Shown here: one piece after another, positions 56,220 through 64,000 of the stretch
Numbering within the stretch: position 1 is the stretch's first letter
Layout: every line of letters begins with the position of its first letter
Virus record (IMG/VR): IMGVR_UViG_2841454579_000002
Coordinates: 1-64,000 of that record
Strand: one strand, 5' to 3'
Origin: a virus
Lineage: Duplodnaviria; Caudoviricetes
DNA length: 64,000 bases
Notes under the pieces: generated by a model
What the model saw: the letters and a program-made list of their open reading frames with translations, nothing else
What the model was told of the DNA's origin: nothing
Database searches by the model: none
Made by a program: the position numbers and the translations under genes

Positions 56220-57528
56220 TCCTATTACATGGCGTAACGTGGCCGCACCTAACTTCGGTACTGCAAACTTGCAGTACAATCAGGGCGGCAACATGATCAC
56301 CGATGGTCTGGACCGACTTGCCGGTGTCGTACAAGGCATTGGCCAGAGCCGTCAGAACGAAGCCGCACAGATGAAGGACTACCAGACACAGCAGTTCATG
56401 AACCGCATCATGGGACAGAACTCACTGGACGGCTTCAATAACTTCAATCAGCAAATCCAGAATGACCTTGCACCGTTAGGTGCAGGGCAGGTCGATACGC
56501 AGAAAGTACTTCAGGCGCTGGGTCAACGTAAGAACACGCTGCAGGACAACTGGACAACAGATACCGCATTCAATAATGCACAGGCTACTGAAGCTGAGCG
56601 TCCGTACATTCAGGCGTTCAACGACCTGTTAGGCCGCAGAGACTTCGCCGGTGCACAGTCTTACCTTGATGCGAATAAAGGGAATATCCGTGATACTGGT
56701 TCTCTCCTGCAGACACTGAATACACAGCAACGCAGTTACAATGAACAGCAGAAACAGGATAACCTTGACTGGCAAAGGGATAACGTAGGTGACCTCACCC
56801 GTAATATCCTTAAACAGGTAGATAATCCGGACAGGGTAGAGACCATACTCAAAACTGAGTTATCCCGTAACGGTATCACCGGTGACCGGCTTTCCACTGC
56901 ACTTAAAAACGCTATCCCTGAATGGGAACGTATCCACACGCTTAACCGGCCGGCGCGTGAGCGACTGGACGGGGTTGCACAGTACAACCAGCAGGCACTG
57001 GATAACTTCGACAGAGAAACGCAATTGGGCGTTGCCGGATTCGGTAACATTGCAGCAGATGATGCAACGCAGTGGCAATCTACCGGTAACTCTACCTCTT
57101 CGGTTATCTCCGATATCATGGATAACGTTACTAAAACCAGCAGCTGGTACACTGACGATCTGGATCGTTCGGATGTTAAGAACGCACTGACAGAAGCGAA
57201 GTCAGCCATTATCCGCGATAATCCCGAGATTAAAGAGTTCCTGACCGGCCCTGAAGCAGATAACTTCTTAGGTATCGCCCTGAAACGTGCTTATGATGTG
57301 ACAGGCAATGACACAGGCAGAGTTCTCATTGATAAAGATTCTGATGTACTGAAAGAAGCCATCGTTGATCAGATTAAGAACGGTGGTGAACTGTTACTGG
57401 CTTTACAGAAGCAGGGCACATACCGTGCAACTCGACTCAAAGATCGTAAACGGTTAGAATCGGAATCCGGTAACGCACTTAAAATTCTTGAGAGTGCGCT
57501 CAGGAAAGCACAGGAAGATCGCCTGTAA
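56212..57528 (+). CDS. N4 gp51-like ejection protein
   Basis: PITWRNV start; immediately before vRNAP. Confidence 0.75.
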   Translation: MANPITWRNVAAPNFGTANLQYNQGGNMITDGLDRLAGVVQGIGQSRQNEAAQMKDYQTQQFMNRIMGQNSLDGFNNFNQQIQNDLAPLGAGQVDTQKVLQALGQRKNTLQDNWTTDTAFNNAQATEAERPYIQAFNDLLGRRDFAGAQSYLDANKGNIRDTGSLLQTLNTQQRSYNEQQKQDNLDWQRDNVGDLTRNILKQVDNPDRVETILKTELSRNGITGDRLSTALKNAIPEWERIHTLNRPARERLDGVAQYNQQALDNFDRETQLGVAGFGNIAADDATQWQSTGNSTSSVISDIMDNVTKTSSWYTDDLDRSDVKNALTEAKSAIIRDNPEIKEFLTGPEADNFLGIALKRAYDVTGNDTGRVLIDKDSDVLKEAIVDQIKNGGELLLALQKQGTYRATRLKDRKRLESESGNALKILESALRKAQEDRL

Positions 57529-57536
57529 TACCTCCC

Positions 57537-57560
57537 AAGGGACAGCCACTGTCCCTTTTT
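57537..57560 (+). terminator. Intrinsic terminator
   Basis: AAGGGACAG-CCA-CTGTCCC-TTTTT. Confidence 0.75.
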
Positions 57561-57596
57561 GTTTCCCCTCCCTCCATACTCCCACAGAGCCAAAAT

Positions 57597-60500
57597 ATGT
57601 CTAATCCGTTAGGAAGTAATTTATCTGCACAGAAAGCCCAGCGTGTGCAGCAGAAGGTGGATAGCCTCACCAGCCTTGACAGGCTGATTCAGGAATCACA
57701 ACGTAAAGAAACAGCCCTCACTGACTGGGTTATGGGTAACCGTGCCGACACTGAGCGCAGAGCCCAGATAGACGGTAGAGCATGGGCAGGACAGACCGAA
57801 CTGGGTACATTGTCCGGCCAGGCAAAGCAGTTAGCCAACCGTGTGTTATCCGGCGGTGCTAACATCCTCGGTGACTGGGCATCAGCCCCTGGCAACGCAG
57901 AAGCGAACCAGTACTTATCATTACTGGATGACGCTACACGTCAGGCACTGGCTTTAGAATTAAACAATAAAGCCCTGTCACCGGAGCAGCAACAGTTGCT
58001 GAATACACCGGTCAATGACAGCCGGTATAACCAGGGTGGCTACTCTTACAACGGTAACGTTAACCGGCCGATGGGTAACACTGGCCAGACTCCCCGCCAA
58101 ATCTTTGCTAAGTATCAGGAAGCACTGAAAGGTGCTGGTGAAAACGCTGATTACTTTACAAAAGACACCTGGATTGAAGATGCCTATAACCCGCTGAACC
58201 GTGAAGCACAGTCCAAGCAGTTCGGTTACGCATGGGAAGACTCAGGTATCGAAGAAGCCAAAGGTGCTTCTGAGACTGCCGGCGCACTTGCCGATCTGAC
58301 TGTGGAAGGCCTTAAAGCCTTACTGTCCAATCCCGCATCTACTTTTGAATATGCTGCCGAAAGCGCACCAAGTGCATTCGCTACAGCTGTCCCTGGCTTA
58401 GGTCAGGCCAACAGTGCGGCATACGCATTGAATACCCAAGCTGAGAACCTGCGTAAGGCTGACAAAGAGAACAAGGTTGTCAGTACCGATAAGCAAGCGG
58501 AACTCGCCGCAGAAGCTGCTCTGGGCGGCATTCTGGACTTTGCAGGTGATTCTGCAACACGTGCTATTTCAGGTATCAAAAAGCTGGGGAAAACGGATGT
58601 CACGAAAGCGACTACAGAAGCAACGAAAGAGGTTGCAAAGGAATCAGTGGCATCAGCAAAAGAAGTCCTGACTAAAGCTGCTAAGGGTACAGGCGGTATG
58701 GCCACTGAAGGCGTTACAGAAGCTGTACAGACTGCCATTGAAAATGATGCACTCGGTGAAGACTTCGACCTTAAAGAAGATGGCCGTGATATCTACGAGG
58801 CAGGCATGATCGGGGTAGGTGCATCTGGTGCTACCGCTGCCGCAGTCAGAACCCCTCAAGCTGTAGCGACATCCACTAATGCAGTAAATACAGTATCGAG
58901 TGCTGCTGCCGCTAAAGTTGGTAATTTGAACGAAGCGCGTAAGCAACGTACTGAAGAAGCTCAGAAAGTAGCCGATGAGCAGGTTAGGGCTGAAATAGAC
59001 TCAGGTAACTATACTACTTTAGTTGAAAATTCTCTGTCAGATGGAGAAAACACAGAAAAAGTTTCAATTGACGATGGAATACGTAATATCCGCGCCCGTC
59101 ATGAAGCCGCTCTGACCTCCGATGCTACCCAAGAACAGAAAGAAGCATTAGGTGATGAAGCACTTATTGAGGCTACCCAGCTGCAATCAGCAATCGCTGA
59201 GAAACTGGAAAGTCTGGAAACTGAAATCACTAATACCTCTGACCCCAAAGTAAGAGCATCATTAGAGAAACAAGCCGATAAACTGGTTGATCAGGAAAAC
59301 CGTGTCACTGATGCCGTGAACAACATGTTTGCGCGTCAGGAGACTATTTCCAATACCGCACAGGCTGTGGATTCAGTAGTTAACGCTGAGCAACGTGACG
59401 ATAAGTTTGAAGTGGATGCACAACGGATTTTCAAATCTGAAATGTATTCGCCGGAAAGTATCACTTTAGAAGATGTAGAGTCACTTTTGCAATCAAGACA
59501 CTGGACCCCTGAAGAACGTACCCGCTTACAGAATGCTGCCGCAGTAAAAGAAGCTGCACTGGCTGCTACTGAGCAGAGAACTTCCTCAACCGTAGACGGC
59601 GTAAATAATGACCTTGTTAAAGGCCGTGCTGCCGGTACGTATGATAAAGCTGATCGCGGTGCGACCAGTGCACTGCAGTACCAGGCTGAGATTACCCAGT
59701 TGATTGATGCAGGTGACACAAACACTGCACGTCAGAAATTGCGCCGTCTGGAAGCACTTGCCAACAGTCAGACACGTAAAGCAGATGACTTTGAACGTGC
59801 CTTTGCTCCATGGTCCCGTGGTGGTATTCCGGATATCACTGATGAAGATCAACGGGCTATCGACTATGTAGCAGCTAACTACAAGATGCGTGGCTCCCGT
59901 AAAGACGGTTCACGTAGCTATCAAATTTATGAACGCTCCGGCCGCATGGTTAAATCTGTCCGTGCTGAAGCCAATCTGCTTAACGCTGTGGTTAATAACA
60001 TCAATGGCCTGATGCCGGCAGAAGAACAGGTATCTGCGCCGGTAACTGAATCTGTCGCTACGCCTACGGCTGCGCCAGAAGCACCTGTAACGGAAGTAGC
60101 AGAAACTACTGCACAACCTGAAGTAACAGCAGCAACTACAGCGGCCAGTACAGAGAACACACCGGCAGACGCAATACCGGATACCATTACACCCGAAGAA
60201 CAGGAGTCGCAGAGCGTCAGCGTTAGCGACGACACCAGTACAGAAGATACCACTGTAGAGTCAGTTGGCTTAACAGATGAAGAACTACCTGCACAGGATG
60301 AACCTGAACTGAGCGACACTGAAAAACAACTCAGTGAAATGCGTCTTAATGAGAACCGTCTTGACGCTACTATCCGTGAAGCCAAACGTAAGCTGAATAA
60401 CAAGGCATTAATCCGCTCAGAAGCCATGGATAACCTTGGCTTTTTAGGTGAGCCCAATACGCCTATAGAAAAGCAGGCAGTGAAGCGGGAAACCCGCCGT

Positions 60501-63500
60501 ATAACTCAGGAACTACTGGACACCATTGCCACAGCTAAAAGTGATATCAGTGATTCTGCATCTGCCCGTAAATATCTTGAGGGCAGGGAAGAAGGCTATC
60601 ACGCAGCTGACAGGCTACTGGCCGGTAACAAGACCCTGAATAAGTTCTTCAAGAAGTCTGACCGTGTACGTAGCATCATTGCTGAAGTCCCTCATGTAAT
60701 TCAGAGACTACGCGAACTGCCGTCACTACTGCTGACTGACAGTGATTCTGTTTCTGGCTTAACGACTCAGCAAAAGAATGCCGTTGAGCATTTCACCGCA
60801 TTTGCACCAGGGTTCGCTAAGATCATCAACCAGATGGCTAAGCCAACGGATCCAAGCTACGACACACAGAACCTGCATAACACGTTACTGGAAAACGGGA
60901 AGTACCCTGAGTCTGTAACGGCTGCAATGTCCATGGCTGCTTACAACTGGGTAGCTACATCCTCAATGGATGCGCTATTCAATAAGAAAGCTACTGTCGG
61001 CCAAATGTTCGGTGTGAAAGAAGAGAAGGTAAATCACGACCTGCATCAGTTAATGATGACCCGTGGCTTACCGGAAGATTGGATCACCCGTCAGCTGGGC
61101 CGTGACATCATTAAGATGCTTGGCTTATCCCTGAATGATGAAAATGGTTCTACCGTTCACCTGTCCCGACTTGAGTTCCAACTGGGTCAGGTTACGTTAA
61201 GTGCCATGCTTAACGCACAGCTGGTTGAAGGCGTACAGACTTCCTGGGCAGATATTAAAGGTGCTGCCAGTAAGAAGGTAAACGCTGAGATTAAGAAGTC
61301 AGGACGTTACACAGGAACGGATAAATCACCTGCTCTGTACAACACGTTCCTTCCTAAATATAACCCTGATGCGCCACTGTTCAGTGATGAGCAGTTAGAC
61401 GGACGTGCCCGTGATATTTACGAAGTAAATAAAGACACTGGCCGCATTCTTAGCGAAGCCCTGTCTATCGGTAATCCTACCCGTATGCCTTCATTCAAGC
61501 CGATTACGAAATTACCGGCACACATGAAGCGTACGATTAAAAAGCTGCCGCAGAAGATGCAGGATGCCATCCTGAAAGCACAGCAGACACCGATGGGTAT
61601 TTCCTCTGACACCGATACGCTGGTTAATCTGTTAGGTGATGCGGAACAGAAACTGGTATTCAACTTCCACACTGAAGAAGAAATGCGCCTTGCTCCTAAG
61701 CGTAAGCGTAAAGCCATGGAAGCAGTGAACGCAGGCTTACAACGTGAACTGGATAACTACAATGAGTTCCGTGAGGCTATGGAACTGTCCAAAGGCGGCT
61801 TAGGTAAACCATTCTACCTGCCTATGGAATCATGGAAGTATGGTCGTCTGGGTTACAGCAGCAGCGTGAACCCGCAGACAAGTAAAATTCACCGCGGCTT
61901 AATTGGCGTCAAAGCGTGGAAGCGCGATATAAAACTGGATAATGAGCAAGCGGTCAACCTGTTTAAGTTAGGCGTGGCTCAGGGATTCGGGATTGATATC
62001 GACAAGATGCAGATTGAAAGCAGCCTGGGTCAATTTGGTACACTGGTCACTGAAGACACCCGTATTCAGGAAGCTGCTGAAGCAGCGGTTGCACTGGTAG
62101 AAGGTGGCGTTGACCCACTCAGTGCAGAAGGCCAGATTGCCCGTGCACTGGTTACTGACGTAGTACGTCAATACAAAGAAGGTACGCACACGTTACGGGC
62201 CTTGATGAACTATGGCCGTTACCTACAAGCCCTTGATGATCCGGATGAGAAGTCATTCTCTACTGACCTGTGGGTTGAACTGGACGGTGTAACCAACGGT
62301 GTCGCAATCGGTACTATGCTTTATGGTAACGGGACTGCCGACAACATGAAGGAAATGCTCAAGAAAGGTGGATTCTTCTTTGATGGGCAACGTTCACTGG
62401 GTAATGCTATCGAAGGTGGCCAACGTGACTTCTATCAGACACTGACTGACCGCTGGAACCAGTTACTTCAGGAAGACCTGAGCAGCTACCCCGCAGAGCA
62501 TCCTATCCATGCTGTAATGAAAACCATCATGGACACGGTAACCAAGAACGGTACTGACATTCCCCGTGCACTGGGTAAAGAGCCGCTTATGCAGCGTGTT
62601 TACGGTGCGGGTGATGACACTATTGAAGCTATCCTGGGTCAGGAGTTCCTTGATAAGTTTGATGACCGCATTGAAAAGGCCATTGTTGATAACGACCCGC
62701 AGGGCAGCTTAACAGCACTGCAGGCACTTAATCGTGAATTACAGAGACTCACTAACTCCAAAGAAAACTTCATTCCGGTTACTAAAGGCATGTCAGTAAA
62801 AGACATGCGTGATCTGGAGATGCCTAACTATCAGCAGAACATGATAGCCGATGCTGTTATCCGCAACATGGCTGCACCGCTGGCCGGTGCCATTGACGAA
62901 CAGTTCAATGACTTCAAAGAAAACCGCCAGAACTACGTGGACGGTATGCAGCAGTTGAATGCTACCTTTGCGGATCTGACAGACATGCTGATGGAAGACG
63001 CAAGACAGGCGTTAATTAAGGCCGGTAAGTTAGAAAAGAATCAGCCACTGCCGCGCAAGGTCTTCAATGACCTGATGAGTAAGTTCCACACCATCATGCC
63101 TAACGTGCAGTATGCTTATTCTCAGAATGCTGAAGAACAGACACAGGTTGCTGAAATCGGTGAAACCATTGACCAGAAGCAGAATGCCAGTACTTCCTTC
63201 GCCAAAAACATCCCTCTGAAACTCAAAGGTGCATGGCGTAAAGGTCTGTCTGCTAAAGCCAGACGGGATACAGTGACCCGTGAAATCGGCGTAGGTTCCG
63301 GTGTACAGAACATCCATGCGTTTGATGCTGCTATGGCCGCACACCTGCTTACTGAAGTCGGTGCATTTAACGTACACGATGGTTTCCCTGTCAGTGTACT
63401 GGATGCTGTAAAAGCAGGGCAGAGCCTTAACAGCGAAATGGCAGCACAGATTGGTAAGCTGAATCCGTATCAGCACTTACTGGATCAGATGCTGGCTATG

Positions 63501-64000
63501 GAGGAAGCTATTGAATCACTGGTTCAGGCCGGACGTATCTCTAAATCCAAACAAGGTAAGCTGGTTGCCACCCTTTACGGGCGTGACACATGGCAGAACC
63601 GACAAAAGGATATCTTACCTTCGCTTCAGAAGAACGCTGAATACCAGAATGATGTATCCAAGAAGGTAATGGACGATCTGGAATACCTGGTTCAGTACAA
63701 CTTTGAAGGGGCCGGCTATGAGACCGAGAAAGGCCGCAATAACCGAGCGCTTGATGAAGCAGGTAATCCGGTGCCTTCGCGTACACGCTCTGCACCTGAA
63801 GCCCCTAAGCCAGCTGAGACAACTAAAACGACTCAGGTTAAGGAAGAGGCAGAACAGAAGAACATCCGTACCAGAAATGACTACGGCGAGTTGCGCGACC
63901 CGAGTGTAGCGGTAACTGACCCTTTCCAAATCCTGTTTGAGAAAGCAGTCAAAGAGACTACCAATGTACGTGAAGTACTTCATATGCTGATGAAGGACCG
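57597..64000 (+). CDS. Virion-encapsidated RNA polymerase (N4 gp50-like), truncated by the window end
   Basis: ATG at 57597; motifs KYGR, NPQTSKIHR, VELDGVTNG (near 62271, checked in frame with the ATG), RALGKEPLMQRVYG and NVHDG; more than 2100 codons. Confidence 0.93.
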   Translation, partial: MSNPLGSNLSAQKAQRVQQKVDSLTSLDRLIQESQRKETALTDWVMGNRADTERRAQIDGRAWAGQTELGTLSGQAKQLANRVLSGGANILGDWASAPGNAEANQYLSLLDDATRQALALELNNKALSPEQQQLLNTPVNDSRYNQGGYSYNGNVNRPMGNTGQTPRQIFAKYQEALKGAGENADYFTKDTWIEDAYNPLNREAQSKQFGYAWEDSGIEEAKGASETAGALADLTVEGLKALLSNPASTFEYAAESAPSAFATAVPGLGQANSAAYALNTQAENLRKADKENKVVSTDKQAELAAEAALGGILDFAGDSATRAISGIKKLGKTDVTKATTEATKEVAKESVASAKEVLTKAAKGTGGMATEGVTEAVQTAIENDALGEDFDLKEDGRDIYEAGMIGVGASGATAAAVRTPQAVATSTNAVNTVSSAAAAKVGNLNEARKQRTEEAQKVADEQVRAEIDSGNYTTLVENSLSDGENTEKVSIDDGIRNIRARHEAALTSDATQEQKEALGDEALIEATQLQSAIAEKLESLETEITNTSDPKVRASLEKQADKLVDQENRVTDAVNNMFARQETISNTAQAVDSVVNAEQRDDKFEVDAQRIFKSEMYSPESITLEDVESLLQSRHWTPEERTRLQNAAAVKEAALAATEQRTSSTVDGVNNDLVKGRAAGTYDKADRGATSALQYQAEITQLIDAGDTNTARQKLRRLEALANSQTRKADDFERAFAPWSRGGIPDITDEDQRAIDYVAANYKMRGSRKDGSRSYQIYERSGRMVKSVRAEANLLNAVVNNINGLMPAEEQVSAPVTESVATPTAAPEAPVTEVAETTAQPEVTAATTAASTENTPADAIPDTITPEEQESQSVSVSDDTSTEDTTVESVGLTDEELPAQDEPELSDTEKQLSEMRLNENRLDATIREAKRKLNNKALIRSEAMDNLGFLGEPNTPIEKQAVKRETRRITQELLDTIATAKSDISDSASARKYLEGREEGYHAADRLLAGNKTLNKFFKKSDRVRSIIAEVPHVIQRLRELPSLLLTDSDSVSGLTTQQKNAVEHFTAFAPGFAKIINQMAKPTDPSYDTQNLHNTLLENGKYPESVTAAMSMAAYNWVATSSMDALFNKKATVGQMFGVKEEKVNHDLHQLMMTRGLPEDWITRQLGRDIIKMLGLSLNDENGSTVHLSRLEFQLGQVTLSAMLNAQLVEGVQTSWADIKGAASKKVNAEIKKSGRYTGTDKSPALYNTFLPKYNPDAPLFSDEQLDGRARDIYEVNKDTGRILSEALSIGNPTRMPSFKPITKLPAHMKRTIKKLPQKMQDAILKAQQTPMGISSDTDTLVNLLGDAEQKLVFNFHTEEEMRLAPKRKRKAMEAVNAGLQRELDNYNEFREAMELSKGGLGKPFYLPMESWKYGRLGYSSSVNPQTSKIHRGLIGVKAWKRDIKLDNEQAVNLFKLGVAQGFGIDIDKMQIESSLGQFGTLVTEDTRIQEAAEAAVALVEGGVDPLSAEGQIARALVTDVVRQYKEGTHTLRALMNYGRYLQALDDPDEKSFSTDLWVELDGVTNGVAIGTMLYGNGTADNMKEMLKKGGFFFDGQRSLGNAIEGGQRDFYQTLTDRWNQLLQEDLSSYPAEHPIHAVMKTIMDTVTKNGTDIPRALGKEPLMQRVYGAGDDTIEAILGQEFLDKFDDRIEKAIVDNDPQGSLTALQALNRELQRLTNSKENFIPVTKGMSVKDMRDLEMPNYQQNMIADAVIRNMAAPLAGAIDEQFNDFKENRQNYVDGMQQLNATFADLTDMLMEDARQALIKAGKLEKNQPLPRKVFNDLMSKFHTIMPNVQYAYSQNAEEQTQVAEIGETIDQKQNASTSFAKNIPLKLKGAWRKGLSAKARRDTVTREIGVGSGVQNIHAFDAAMAAHLLTEVGAFNVHDGFPVSVLDAVKAGQSLNSEMAAQIGKLNPYQHLLDQMLAMEEAIESLVQAGRISKSKQGKLVATLYGRDTWQNRQKDILPSLQKNAEYQNDVSKKVMDDLEYLVQYNFEGAGYETEKGRNNRALDEAGNPVPSRTRSAPEAPKPAETTKTTQVKEEAEQKNIRTRNDYGELRDPSVAVTDPFQILFEKAVKETTNVREVLHMLMKD

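Noticed and set aside
57597-64000. Apparent 6.4-kb gene-poor region with many minus-strand ORFs
   Set aside because: It is the vRNAP frame, which has no stop inside the window; the listed ORFs are shadows.

Overview
The window is most of an N4-like (Schitoviridae-type) phage genome that appears to be temperate, with a tyrosine integrase and excisionase at the left edge. The minus-strand arm (1-28.4 kb) holds the early and middle genes: a gp2-like activator, two-subunit RNAPII, dUTPase, dNMP kinase, an AAA/vWA pair, an SF1B helicase, a family A DNA polymerase split by a group I intron carrying an HNH endonuclease, ThyX and an ATP-dependent ligase. An IS1111-type IS110 element sits inside a terminator in this arm. 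The plus-strand arm (28.5-64 kb) holds terminase, tail and receptor-binding genes, lysis genes, portal, capsid, ejection proteins and the giant virion RNA polymerase, which starts at 57597, runs off the window and is missing from the ORF track. The most unusual signal is an island of at least six structured non-coding RNAs at 21.05-22.7 kb: four non-canonical tRNA mimics, a multibranch/pseudoknot RNA, and a rod whose unpaired loop is complementary to the GAGGAAU Shine-Dalgarno shared by the early and RNA polymerase genes. There are also two families of DNA hairpins: CTTG-loop promoters with N4-type geometry, and a covarying 16-bp palindrome. All calls come from reading motifs by eye; no database searches or folding programs were run, and N4 gp numbers rest on synteny and recalled similarity.
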